From: Gaiellaceae bacterium | GTDB taxonomy: Bacteria > Actinomycetota > Thermoleophilia > Gaiellales > Gaiellaceae | Length of the DNA: 64,000 nt | Direction of reading: 5' to 3' | Assembly (NCBI GenBank): GCA_036526315.1 | Contig: DATCYR010000087.1 | Location: forward strand, 5,203 to 69,202 | Shown: positions 37,115 through 45,790 of the stretch, in pieces | Position numbering within the stretch: the stretch's first letter is position 1 | Layout: each line of letters begins with the position of its first letter | Notes under the pieces: model-generated | Told to the model about the DNA's origin: nothing | Seen by the model: the letters and a program-made list of their open reading frames with translations, nothing else | Database searches by the model: none | Made by a program: the position numbers and the translations under genes

Positions 37115-38253
37115 GACCGACCGCCACCGGTCTCGCGATCGGGCTGGCGGTCGGCTACAACATCGCCAACGTCGGGCCTGTCGCGCGCCTCGAGGCACAG
37201 GCGTACGGCGTGCGACTCGGGCTCATCGGCCTGCTGACGACGGCGCTCTTCGTGACGCATCTCGTCATGCAGATCCCCGGAGGCAGGCTCGTTGATCGTC
37301 ACGGGGCGCGGGCGCTTGCCGCGGTCGCTCTGGCGATCATCGCGGCTGGGAACGCCGTCGCGCTCATCGCAGCCTGGTTTCCGCTCGGCATCGTCGCGCG
37401 CCTCATTGCGGGCGTCGGGACCGGCATCGGGTTCATCGCCGGGAGTGACTACGTGCGCGCCACGGTGGGGACGACGACTGCGCAGGGCCTCTACGGCGCA
37501 GCCGGCGTCGGAGGCGGGGGTATTGCGCTGGTGTTCGTGCCACTGACGACGTCGGTCTTCGACTGGCGCGCCCCGTATGCGACCGCGCTCATCGCCGCGT
37601 GCCTCGTTCTCGCCTGCCTGCCGTTCGCGCCGCGCGACCGCCGTAAGGGCGAGGTGCGGCGCTCGGCATCGACGCCGCTCCTCGACATCGTCCGTGACCG
37701 GCGACTCCAGCCACTGGCGATCGCGCACACCTCGTCGTTTGCGTTCAGCGTGATCATCGGGAACTGGACGGTCTCGCTGCTTCAGGACGACGGCTACGGT
37801 CGGCGGCTCGGCGGCGCCGTCGCGGCACTCACGCTTCTCGGGGGTTTCGTGACGCGACCGCTCGGCGGGCGAGCGTTCCAGCGCGACCCCAAGCGGGCTG
37901 CGCCGGCCGTGGCGGCGAGCATGCTCGCCGGATCCGCGGGAACCGTCCTCCTGTTGCTCGACGTACCCCTTGGGTGGCGCATACTGGGCGCGGCCGGCCT
38001 CGGACTTGCGGCCGGAATCCCTTTCGCGGTCGCGTTCAGCGGGGCGCAGGCGATTAGGCGAGACCATCCTGCAGCCGCCATCGGCTTCCTGAACACGTGT
38101 GCCACGCTCGTCATCGCCGTCGGGACGCCGCTCGTCGGCGCCACCTTCTCGTTGCCGAGCGACGGCCGTGTCGGTTTCGCCGCAGTCGCAATCCTGTGGG
38201 GTCTGTCGTCCGTCGCGGTCAGGCCGTCCAAGCTGTCTGCCGTCACGGCCTAG
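37111..38253 (+). CDS. MFS transporter
   Basis: GTGA overlap with the SDR gene. 12 hydrophobic helices. MQIPGGRLVDRHGAR is the MFS loop 2-3 motif. Confidence 0.8.
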   Translation: MRPTATGLAIGLAVGYNIANVGPVARLEAQAYGVRLGLIGLLTTALFVTHLVMQIPGGRLVDRHGARALAAVALAIIAAGNAVALIAAWFPLGIVARLIAGVGTGIGFIAGSDYVRATVGTTTAQGLYGAAGVGGGGIALVFVPLTTSVFDWRAPYATALIAACLVLACLPFAPRDRRKGEVRRSASTPLLDIVRDRRLQPLAIAHTSSFAFSVIIGNWTVSLLQDDGYGRRLGGAVAALTLLGGFVTRPLGGRAFQRDPKRAAPAVAASMLAGSAGTVLLLLDVPLGWRILGAAGLGLAAGIPFAVAFSGAQAIRRDHPAAAIGFLNTCATLVIAVGTPLVGATFSLPSDGRVGFAAVAILWGLSSVAVRPSKLSAVTA

Positions 38254-38309
38254 TCGGCTCGTTTGCTCGGCGTTATGCTCGTTTCCCTGCAAGCGACCGG
38301 GGAGGCTCA

Positions 38310-39326
38310 ATGCTCAGCTTCGGGGTGACGGTCCTGCCGGACCCGCCGTACCAGCGGATGATCGAGCTGATGAAGCTCGCCGAGGGCCACGGCTTCGAGT
38401 ACGCGTGGACCTACGACTCGCACATCCTCTGGGAGGAGTCGTACGCGACGCTTCCGCTCGCTGCTGCGCAGACGAGCAAGATCAAGCTCGGCCACTTCGT
38501 CACGAACCCCGGGATCCGCGACCCGACGATCACCGCGAGCTGGTACGCGACGATGCAGGACATCTCCGACGGCCGCATGGTGATGGGGATCGGGCGCGGC
38601 GACTCGTCGCGGCGCGTCGTCGGACTCCAGCCCGTGCGCGTCGCGGAGTTCGAGCGGCGCTGCGCGATGATCAAGAACCTCATGAACGGCCGTGCCGTTC
38701 AGTGGAACGACAAGGATCTCGAGCTCAAGTGGGTGCGGGACGAGCTGCCCGAGATCCCGATGTGGATCGCCGGCTACGGCCCGAAGGCGCTCGCCGTCGC
38801 CGGTCGCGTCGCCGACGGCGTCATCATCCAGCTCGCCGACCCCGTGATCATCCAGTGGATCATGGACACGGCCCGCCGCGCCGCCGAGGAGGCCGGGCGC
38901 GACCCGAGCGAGCTCAAGTGCATCGTCGGCGCGCCGAGCCACATCTCCGACGACATCGCCGACGCGCGCGAGCAGTCGCGCTGGTTCCCGGCGATGGTCT
39001 CGAACCACGTCATGGACCTGATCGAGCGCTACGGCGACGACTCCGACATCCCGAAGGACCTGACGGAGTTCGTCAAGGCGCGCAAGTTCTACGACTACAA
39101 GGAGCACTCGCGCGTCGGCGCGAAACACGGCGAGTTCGTGACCGACGAGATCGTCGACCGCTTCTGCGTTCTCGGAAACGTCGAGCAGGCGACCGCAAAG
39201 CTGAAAGAGCTCGAGTCGGTGGGCGTCGACCAGTTCAACATCTACCTCATGACCAAGGGTCAGGAGGCTACGCTCGAGGCATACGGGGACGAGATCATTC
39301 CGCAGTTCGCGCAGGTTGCTGCGTAG
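38310..39326 (+). CDS. Luciferase-like (LLM class) F420-dependent oxidoreductase
   Basis: MLSFGVTVLPDPPYQRMIELMKLAEGHGFEYAWTYDSH, GHFVTNPGIRDP, and MGIGRGDS. GGGGAGG lies ahead of the ATG. Confidence 0.85.
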   Translation: MLSFGVTVLPDPPYQRMIELMKLAEGHGFEYAWTYDSHILWEESYATLPLAAAQTSKIKLGHFVTNPGIRDPTITASWYATMQDISDGRMVMGIGRGDSSRRVVGLQPVRVAEFERRCAMIKNLMNGRAVQWNDKDLELKWVRDELPEIPMWIAGYGPKALAVAGRVADGVIIQLADPVIIQWIMDTARRAAEEAGRDPSELKCIVGAPSHISDDIADAREQSRWFPAMVSNHVMDLIERYGDDSDIPKDLTEFVKARKFYDYKEHSRVGAKHGEFVTDEIVDRFCVLGNVEQATAKLKELESVGVDQFNIYLMTKGQEATLEAYGDEIIPQFAQVAA

Positions 39327-39709
39327 CGCTTCTTAGTGTTCTGACATTCGCCGGCTGCGGCGGCGGCGGGCCGACGCACCACGCCACGTCGCAGCCGCGG
39401 CCGGAGTGCACGGGTGCGAACGATCCCGCGAAGCGTGCGCACGCACGGGCTCAGCTGCAGGCCGACCTGGCACGGCTGCGTGTCGCGACGAAGACGGTGC
39501 ACGGGTACTCGCAGCAGGGCAACGGCCCGATCAACGCGGCGCTCGAGCGGTTCCTGCTCCACGTCTCGCAGCCGACGCTGCCGGTGCACGAGCGCTCGCG
39601 GCTGATCGACCACGCAGCCGCGATCGTCGCGCCGCGGTGCTACCTCTGCTTCCAGGCACTCGAGTCGGCGCGGCCGACGGGTGCCACCGCCAAGCTCACC
39701 TGCGATTAG
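39323..39709 (+). CDS. Putative Cys-rich lipoprotein, start codon unresolved
   Basis: ALLSVLTFAGCGGGG is a lipobox-like sequence. However, there is no ATG/GTG/TTG in frame between deep inside the LLM gene and the lipobox Cys. Confidence 0.35.
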   Translation, partial: VALLSVLTFAGCGGGGPTHHATSQPRPECTGANDPAKRAHARAQLQADLARLRVATKTVHGYSQQGNGPINAALERFLLHVSQPTLPVHERSRLIDHAAAIVAPRCYLCFQALESARPTGATAKLTCD

Positions 39710-39719
39710 GGTCGGCGGG

Positions 39720-40412
39720 GTGGAAACGCTCCTCGTCTTCGGTGCGCGAAATCTCGGCCGTGTGCTCGCAGGCGATCTGTCGCAGAAGGGCTGGCGCGTC
39801 GCCGCCGTCGCCCGCAGCGAGTCGACGATCGAGCAGCTGAAGGACGAGGTGCCGGCGGCGGTCGGCCTCATCGCGGACGCGTCGAACGCCGACGACGTCG
39901 AGCGGGTCTTCGAGGAGGTGGGCCGCGTCGATCTCGTCGTCAACGCGATCACGACGAATCCGAGCTTCGGCGGCCCCGTGCACGAGGCGCCGCCGGACGG
40001 CCTCGATGCGTACGACCGGGCGCTGCTGCCGGGGATCTTCAACATCCTCCGCGTCGGCGGCCGCGTCCTGGCGGCGCAGAAGCAGGGCACGCTCGTCCAG
40101 GTCACGGGCGGCTCGGCACGTCGCGGCAATCCCGGCCGCGGGACGTGGGCCGCCGTCGCGTTCGCGACGCGCGCGCTCGTGCAGGCGCAGGCCGGCGAGC
40201 TGCGCGACCAGAACGTCCACGTCGCGCTCCTGATCGTCGACGCGATCATCGAGAGCGGGAAGACGGCGCAGTGGCTCGAGGACGAGCCGCCGGAGAAGTC
40301 GGCGTCGATGGAGGAGATCGCGCGCGCGATCGAGTACCTGCACGGGCAGAGCCCGCGCGCGTGGACGCACGAATTGCAGCTGACGCCGGCGCTCGAGCGC
40401 TGGGTTCCCTAG
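39720..40412 (+). CDS. SDR-family oxidoreductase (atypical)
   Basis: LLVFGARNLGRVLAGDLSQKGWRVAAVARS (Rossmann), then NAITTNP. GTG 39720 preferred. Confidence 0.75.
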   Translation: METLLVFGARNLGRVLAGDLSQKGWRVAAVARSESTIEQLKDEVPAAVGLIADASNADDVERVFEEVGRVDLVVNAITTNPSFGGPVHEAPPDGLDAYDRALLPGIFNILRVGGRVLAAQKQGTLVQVTGGSARRGNPGRGTWAAVAFATRALVQAQAGELRDQNVHVALLIVDAIIESGKTAQWLEDEPPEKSASMEEIARAIEYLHGQSPRAWTHELQLTPALERWVP

Positions 40413-40440
40413 AGAGACCGCCGATACCATGGCCGCTCGC

Positions 40441-40511
40441 GGCGCCGTGGCCGAGTGGCTAGGCAGAGGCCTGCAAAGCCTCGTACACCAGTTCGATTCT
40501 GGTCGGCGCCT
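40441..40511 (+). tRNA. tRNA-Cys: tRNA-Cys (anticodon GCA)
   Basis: Cloverleaf read by eye. Acceptor GGCGCCG / CGGCGCC. Anticodon stem GAGGC / GCCTC with loop CTGCAAA. T-arm ACCAG-TTCGATT-CTGGT. Discriminator T. No encoded CCA. Confidence 0.85.
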
Positions 40512-40633
40512 CTCAACCCCGGCCAGACAATCGGTGCCGGCTCGTCAGTAGTCCGCCGCAGGCGCTGCAGGCCCAATGCTGATGGCACGTTCGCAGCCGA
40601 CTGGTAGACCTGGACTGACGGAGGAGGTGAGTC

Positions 40634-40741
40634 ATGCTGCTGTTCTTGTGGCCGCCGAACGAGCCGCATTTCCACGTGCTGGCGCGCATCCTGGGAGTTC
40701 TGTGGCACGGCGCGATGCGGTCCTACCCGTTCCCGTTCTAG
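40634..40741 (+). CDS. Hypothetical 35-aa ORF (MLLFLWPPNEPHFHVLARILGVLWHGAMRSYPFPF)
   Basis: GGAGGAGG lies 6 nt ahead of the ATG. It sits in a visibly lower-GC spacer after the tRNA and has no recognisable family. Confidence 0.25.
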   Translation: MLLFLWPPNEPHFHVLARILGVLWHGAMRSYPFPF

Positions 40742-40874
40742 GCAGGCCACGCCTCTCAGCGTTTCCGAGGGGAGGAGCGTCGTCAAGGGAGAATGACCAC
40801 TCACTCGGCGGAGCGAGGTTCGAGGACGACAACCGCAGTCTCGTGGCGTTGCCGGTCTGCTCAAGGCACGGCTT

Positions 40875-41279
40875 CTACCGCGGCGTGATCTCGAGCGCGA
40901 CCGGCCGTTCGTGCGAACGCGAGCTGCGCCCGCGGAGTCGCATGACGAGGTGGTAGACGGGCAGAATCGTGAGGCGGTCGAGGCGGTACTTCCGCGCAAG
41001 AAGCCGTTCGACTCGTTCGCGTCCCTCCTCGGGAAGAATGGCGGCGTCAGCTTCGACGGCGTCGCGGAGGAGGCGTCCGCGCGCGTCACAGACGGCGATT
41101 CGGACGTGCGGGTCACGCCGGATCCGCTTGACCTTGTATGAACCGGCGTCCGTCTCCACCAGTAGACGGCCGTTGTCCCTGACGAACCAGACCGGCGTTG
41201 CGACGCCGGTGCCGTCACGCCTGAAGCTCGTCAAGCTCAGGTACTTCCCGTCGAAATGTTCTTCCGGCGCGGTTTTCAT
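40875..41279 (-). CDS. Pyridoxamine-5'-phosphate-oxidase-like (PPOX class, probably F420-dependent) protein
   Basis: GKYLSLTSFRRDGTGVATPVWFVRDNGRLLVETDAGSYKVKRIRRDPHVRIAVCD has the split-barrel PPOX layout. AAGGAGA lies ahead of ATG 41279. Confidence 0.75.
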   Translation of the reverse strand: MKTAPEEHFDGKYLSLTSFRRDGTGVATPVWFVRDNGRLLVETDAGSYKVKRIRRDPHVRIAVCDARGRLLRDAVEADAAILPEEGRERVERLLARKYRLDRLTILPVYHLVMRLRGRSSRSHERPVALEITPR

Positions 41280-41293
41280 GGGTGTCTCCTTTC

Positions 41294-42433
41294 TTACGGA
41301 TGTCGCGCAAGTCGGATCGCGGCGCGGACGTCGAGGCGCGGGCCCGAACGGAGGAGCCCGGCGCCGTAAACGCGGCCCGCGAGTCGCACGAGCGCGTAGA
41401 TGGTCGCGAGGACGACGACGAGTGCGAGAGCGTGCTCCCAGGCCGGTACGCCGACGAGCGCACTTCGAGCCGGCAGCACAAGCGGCGCGGTGAGCGGGAA
41501 AATCGTCAGCAGGTGCGCGAGACCGCTGCTTGCGTCGACCGACAGGACGATGTAACCGAGGAAGAACGCGGCGAGCAGCGTGTAGGTGACCGGCATTCCT
41601 GCCGAGCTCGCGTCCTGCGTACGCGACGCGATCGCTCCGGCCGCCGCGTATGCCACCGCGTAGAGGGCGAACCCGAGAGCGAACCACGGCACGAGCAGCG
41701 CGACGCTGCCGCCGAGCGAGGTGGGCGCGTCGAAGAGCCCTGCAGCGAGCAGGATTGCCGTGAGGCCGCCGATGAGCGCGACTTGCGCGAGCCCGAGCAG
41801 GCCGATGCCGATCACTTTGCCGGCGAGCAGGTGTCGTGGTCGTACCGCCGCGACGATGACTTCGACGACCCTGTTGGCCTTCTCTTCGACGACGCCGGTG
41901 AGCACCCACTGGCCGTATACCGCGATGGTGCCGAGCAGCAGGGATGCGCCGAGCATCGCCGTGAGCACCTCGGCGTCCGTGGAGCTCGTCGTCACCTTCT
42001 CGATCGTGACCGGGGTCAGCTCCGGCGCAGGACGCACGTGCCCGCGTACGACGCGGATGGCGTTATCGACGATGGCGCCCAGCTTCGGATCGATCGACTC
42101 ACGGAAGGCAATCCGATCGCCTCTCAGGTCGAGCACGGCATCGACCTTGTCCGCTTTCAGCCGCTCGCGTGCCGCCGTGGCCGGATACGCGTCAAGCCTC
42201 ACGCGGGCATCGAGCGGCGTGGCTGCCCGATTCAATGCGGCGGCGAGCCCCGGCGGCGCGGGCGCCACGACTGCGACCTCGTACGTCTTCGTCGTGTCGA
42301 TGAATGCGGGAAGCGCGCCGGCGGCACCGACGAGGACGAGCATGAGCAGAGTGGAGTAGAGGAAGACGCGGCTCCGCAGCCGTTCGCGGATCTCGCGCCA
42401 GGCGATGAGCGTGATCGTCCGTCGGCCGCTCAT
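41294..42433 (-). CDS. ABC-2 type exporter permease
   Basis: One N-terminal TM, a large extracytoplasmic loop, then 5 C-terminal TMs (NatB/ABC-2 architecture). 4-nt overlap with the ATPase gene. Confidence 0.8.
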   Translation of the reverse strand: MSGRRTITLIAWREIRERLRSRVFLYSTLLMLVLVGAAGALPAFIDTTKTYEVAVVAPAPPGLAAALNRAATPLDARVRLDAYPATAARERLKADKVDAVLDLRGDRIAFRESIDPKLGAIVDNAIRVVRGHVRPAPELTPVTIEKVTTSSTDAEVLTAMLGASLLLGTIAVYGQWVLTGVVEEKANRVVEVIVAAVRPRHLLAGKVIGIGLLGLAQVALIGGLTAILLAAGLFDAPTSLGGSVALLVPWFALGFALYAVAYAAAGAIASRTQDASSAGMPVTYTLLAAFFLGYIVLSVDASSGLAHLLTIFPLTAPLVLPARSALVGVPAWEHALALVVVLATIYALVRLAGRVYGAGLLRSGPRLDVRAAIRLARHP

Positions 42434-43320
42434 CGCGTGACCAGCTCCAGGAACAGCTCACCGAGCGAGGGCGGCCCATAGCTGAAGTGGATGACATCCC
42501 CCGCTTCCTCGGCCGCTGCGAGAACCCGTTCCGGATCGACGTCTCTGTTCGCGGCGAGCCGCAGGGTTCCATTCCGCCGCTCGACCAGTTCGACACCCGG
42601 CGTCGCCGGCAGCCAGCCGGGCGGGGCGCCCGCCAGCTGCAGCGCGATCAGGCGGTGCTGCGACCGTCGACGCAAGTCGTCGACATCGCCGGTTGCGACG
42701 ACTCGGCCGTGGTCGATGATCACCACGGCTTCGCAGATGCCTTCCACCAGGTCGAGCTGGTGGCTCGAGAAGAGGACGGCCGCGCCGCGCCTCGCCTCGT
42801 CATGGAGCACGTCCGCAAGGGTCTGCACGGCGAGCGGGTCGAGGCCGGCAAACGGCTCGTCGAGAACGAGAAGATCTGGCTCGTGGACGAGCGCTGCCGC
42901 GAGCTGGGCGCGCTGCTGGTTTCCGTGCGAAAGCTCGTCCACGTTCGCAGCTTCCCGGTCGGCAAGATCGAGTCGCTCGAGCCACCTTCGCGCTGCCGTG
43001 CGTGCGGCCACGGCGGAAAGACCGTGGAGGCGGCCGAAGTAGGCAACCTGCTCGCCCACCGGCATCCTCGGGTACAGCCCGCGCTCCTCCGGCATGTAGC
43101 CGAATCGCAGCCGCTCGGAGAACCCGATCGGGCAGCCGTTCCAAAGAACTTCGCCGGCGTCGAGCTCGACGAGGGCGAAGATCGCCCGCATCGCCGTCGT
43201 CTTCCCGGCACCGTTAGGACCGAGGAAGCCGACCATTCGGCCACGCGGAACCGCGAACGAGCAGTCAGTGAGCGCCGGTGCGTCGCCGAATCGCTTCGTG
43301 GCGGAGTCGATCCGCAGCAT
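42430..43320 (-). CDS. ABC exporter ATP-binding protein
   Basis: GPNGAGKTT, LSHGNQQRAQLAAAL, LLVLDEPFAGLDP. The start ATG shares a base with the upstream stop (TGATG). Confidence 0.9.
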   Translation of the reverse strand: MLRIDSATKRFGDAPALTDCSFAVPRGRMVGFLGPNGAGKTTAMRAIFALVELDAGEVLWNGCPIGFSERLRFGYMPEERGLYPRMPVGEQVAYFGRLHGLSAVAARTAARRWLERLDLADREAANVDELSHGNQQRAQLAAALVHEPDLLVLDEPFAGLDPLAVQTLADVLHDEARRGAAVLFSSHQLDLVEGICEAVVIIDHGRVVATGDVDDLRRRSQHRLIALQLAGAPPGWLPATPGVELVERRNGTLRLAANRDVDPERVLAAAEEAGDVIHFSYGPPSLGELFLELVTR

Positions 43321-43826
43321 CAATGACTCCCGGCGATCACGGCGGGCGGCATCGCGATGTGCTCGATCGGTTGCGGGAACGAGTGCCGGGCCCGGTCGAT
43401 GACGTTCGGGCGTAGCCAGCGCGACGGGCGCTGCGGCGCGCTGACAAACAGGATCTCGTCGGCGGGAAACTCCCGGAGCGCGTCCGCGATCGCGTGCACC
43501 GGGTCGCTGTCGCCGATGTGCCCTTCCACGCGCATGCCCTCGCGACGTAGGCAGGCGATGCATCCGCGCAGCCGGTACGCCGCGTCGGCGCGCGCTGCAT
43601 CTTCGTCCACATACCACTGTGTCGCGACGGATTCGTGCGCCGGTGCGATCACGAGCGCTGCGAGCGGCCGGTCGTCGGCGTAGCTGCGAACGCCGGCGCA
43701 GACCTCCGGCGTGGTGCAAGCGTCGTCGACGACGACAAGCACGCGTCGCTCACGCGTGTCTGGATGCGCCGTTTCGGCTGCCGTCCCGCGCTTCGTGCTT
43801 TCGGTTGGTGTCAGCAGGCTGGTCAT
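43320..43826 (-). CDS. USP-like (adenine-nucleotide alpha-hydrolase fold) protein, uncharacterised subgroup
   Basis: RVLVVVDDACTTPEV...LVIAPAHES...GHIGDSDPVHAIADALREFPADEILFVSAPQRPSRWLRPNV. GGAGG lies 4 nt ahead of ATG 43826. Alternative ATGs are at 43841 and 43862. Confidence 0.6.
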   Translation of the reverse strand: MTSLLTPTESTKRGTAAETAHPDTRERRVLVVVDDACTTPEVCAGVRSYADDRPLAALVIAPAHESVATQWYVDEDAARADAAYRLRGCIACLRREGMRVEGHIGDSDPVHAIADALREFPADEILFVSAPQRPSRWLRPNVIDRARHSFPQPIEHIAMPPAVIAGSH

Positions 43827-43866
43827 TTCGCCTCCGGTCATGAGTGTCGGTCGGTTTGTCATCGCT

Positions 43867-44718
43867 CTAGCGTCCGAGCTCCTCGGCAACGCGCTGCCAC
43901 GCCGGCTCGCGGACGACGAGTGCAGAGCAGGCGGCGCTGTGCGCGACACGCTCGGAGACGGATCCGAGCGCTCGGACGCCGTGCAGACCACGGCTGCCGA
44001 TCACGACGAGGTCGGCCGATTTCGCCGCGGTGAGCAGCGCCTCGACCGGTTGATCGGCGCTGTCCTCGTGCTCACCCTCCGTGATCACCGCAGCGAGGCG
44101 CTCGTTCACGCTCTGGCCGCCCCAGGCGACCAAGGCACGCAACTCCGCGCCGAAGCGCTCGCTCAGGTAGCGCGCGGCTGCGTAGGCCGCCGCCGACTCG
44201 ATCGAGCCGTCGATCCCGACGACCGCCCTCCGTGGAAACTCGAGATCCGCCGTGCGAGCGATCAGCACCGAGCAGGGCGCTCGATGGACGATCTCGGTCG
44301 CGACTTCGCCTTCGAGGATCCCGCGTATGCGACCCATGCGGCTGCTGCCCACCGCGACGAGCGTGTGCTCGGAGCGCTCGATCTCCTCGAGCAGTCGACT
44401 GACGGCGGTGCCGCGGACGAGCTTGCTGACGGCCGCCGCGTAGGAGCCGATGTGGTCGTTGGCGGCCGCCAGGGCCTTCTCGCGGCGTCCCCTCTGGAGC
44501 TCTTCGTCGTAGTAGTAGGGGATCCGGCTGCCCGTGCCGCCCATGACCGGCGCGGTGTCCCACGCCGCGAGGAGCGTGAGGTCGCGGTCCACGTCCTCGA
44601 GAACCGCTGCCTGCCGTGCTGCCTCGAGCGCTTGCTGGGAACCGTCGATGCCGACGAGGACGCTGCTGAACACGCGGCGGCCGGCTTCGAGACGCGACAT
44701 GTGCGACGTCGCTGCCAT
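43867..44718 (-). CDS. Tandem-domain universal stress protein
   Basis: Two UspA repeats: VLVGIDGS...HRAPCSVLIAR and VVGIDGS...VIGSRGLHGVRALGSVSERVAHSAACSALVVRE. AGGAGG lies 6 nt ahead of the ATG. Confidence 0.85.
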   Translation of the reverse strand: MAATSHMSRLEAGRRVFSSVLVGIDGSQQALEAARQAAVLEDVDRDLTLLAAWDTAPVMGGTGSRIPYYYDEELQRGRREKALAAANDHIGSYAAAVSKLVRGTAVSRLLEEIERSEHTLVAVGSSRMGRIRGILEGEVATEIVHRAPCSVLIARTADLEFPRRAVVGIDGSIESAAAYAAARYLSERFGAELRALVAWGGQSVNERLAAVITEGEHEDSADQPVEALLTAAKSADLVVIGSRGLHGVRALGSVSERVAHSAACSALVVREPAWQRVAEELGR

Positions 44719-44764
44719 TCCTGACCTCCTTGTCGCCTATGTCCTCCATCCACTCCGAGGTGTC

Positions 44765-44804
44765 GGTTCGGCGATTTGCCGCAGGCTCGACGGAGGAACT
44801 ACGG
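44765..44804 (-). promoter_or_regulatory. Shared 40-nt promoter-like element, copy A
   Basis: The minus strand reads CCGTAGTTCCTCCGTCGAGCCTGCGGCAAATCGCCGAACC. The last 21 nt are identical to 50616-50636. It has the same orientation as the downstream USP operon. Confidence 0.45.
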
Positions 44805-44817
44805 AGGCGGCGATCGA

Positions 44818-45636
44818 TCAGGCGGCGACGACCGGCGCCAGTTCGCCTGCGAGCTCGTGCAGTGCCTCGTCCTTCAGCGCACGCGTCCGCTCGGGGCTCA
44901 GGTGCAGGTCGTCCCCGATCGCGGCCAACGTCTCGGGCTCGCCGTCGAGACCGAAATGGCGGCTGACGATCGCTCGCTTGCGGCCGTGCAGGTGGAGCAG
45001 GGCGCTTCGTACGGCCCGTGCCTGCTCGTGGTCGACGGCCCGTGACTCCGGCCAGCTCGACGCATCGGAGATGAGCTGCTCGCCGAGCGTCGTGCCCTCG
45101 TTGTTCTGCTCGTCCAGTGAGGCGACCGTTGCCGGTGCCAGCGCCGCTGCGACTTCGGTCGGCGAGAGCTCCGTCCGCTCAGCCAGCTGAGCCAGCGTCG
45201 GCTCGCGCCCGTCGGCGAGCAGGCCGGTCTCTGCACGTGAGATCGCACGGCGGCGCTCGAGCACGGGACGCGGCAGTCGGAGGAGATGGCCACGCGCCGT
45301 CAAGGCGTGGGTGACTGCGGCGCGGACACGCCAGTAGGCGTACGTCGAGAAGCTGGCGCCGCGGCTCGGGTCGTACTGCTCGATCGCCTTCAGCAGCCCG
45401 ATCGCTCCCTCTTGCACGAGGTCCTCCACGGGCAGCCCGAGGTTCCGATACCGGAACGCGATCGCTCGGACGAGACCCATGTGCTCCTCGACGAGCCGTG
45501 CGCGGGCGACGCGGTCTCCCTTCCGCGCGCGTGCAGCCAGGCGCTCGGAGTGCACGACGTGGCCGCGGGCCGGCGCGGCCCGCGGTGCGGAAGCACAGAG
45601 CGCCAGCGTCGCCAGCACTGCAATCATCGCCCGCAT
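44818..45636 (-). CDS. Sigma-70 family sigma factor (group 3-like)
   Basis: Region 2 is LVEEHMGLVRAIAFRYRNLGLPVEDLVQEGAIGLLKAIEQYDPSRGASFSTYAYWRV. Region 4 is LHLSPERTRALKDEAL. ATG 45636 has the SD GAAGGGGG; the alternative start is GTG 45555. Confidence 0.8.
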   Translation of the reverse strand: MRAMIAVLATLALCASAPRAAPARGHVVHSERLAARARKGDRVARARLVEEHMGLVRAIAFRYRNLGLPVEDLVQEGAIGLLKAIEQYDPSRGASFSTYAYWRVRAAVTHALTARGHLLRLPRPVLERRRAISRAETGLLADGREPTLAQLAERTELSPTEVAAALAPATVASLDEQNNEGTTLGEQLISDASSWPESRAVDHEQARAVRSALLHLHGRKRAIVSRHFGLDGEPETLAAIGDDLHLSPERTRALKDEALHELAGELAPVVAA

Positions 45637-45643
45637 GCGGCCC

Positions 45644-45667
45644 CCTTCGGCTCGGTTGTGCCGAAGG
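45644..45667 (-). promoter_or_regulatory. Hairpin that pairs part of the sigma-factor SD
   Basis: In the minus-strand RNA, CCUUCGGC - 8 nt - GCCGAAGG. The 3' arm contains GAAGG of the SD GAAGGGGG, which ends 4 nt before ATG 45636. Confidence 0.35.
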
Positions 45668-45790
45668 TCTCTCCCGCCCTTGCGGGCCGCGCGCTCCGGG
45701 CCGTTAGCCGTGCTGACGGAGACGCACCGTGGGGATACTCCCCTTCGCTACCTCTGTCATACCCTCACGCCCAGGGTGGGCGCATCGGTG

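Noticed and set aside
40787-40882. A second mini-ORF after tRNA-Cys (ATG 40787, MTTHSAERGS...).
   Set aside because: The GGAG lies only 2 nt from the ATG, the peptide is hydrophilic with low complexity, and there is no terminator or other support.
43975-43996. CGATTTCGCCGCGG, which resembles the reverse of the shared element.
   Set aside because: It lies inside the tandem-USP coding region, is interrupted by an extra base, and is explained by the conserved ADLVV coding sequence.
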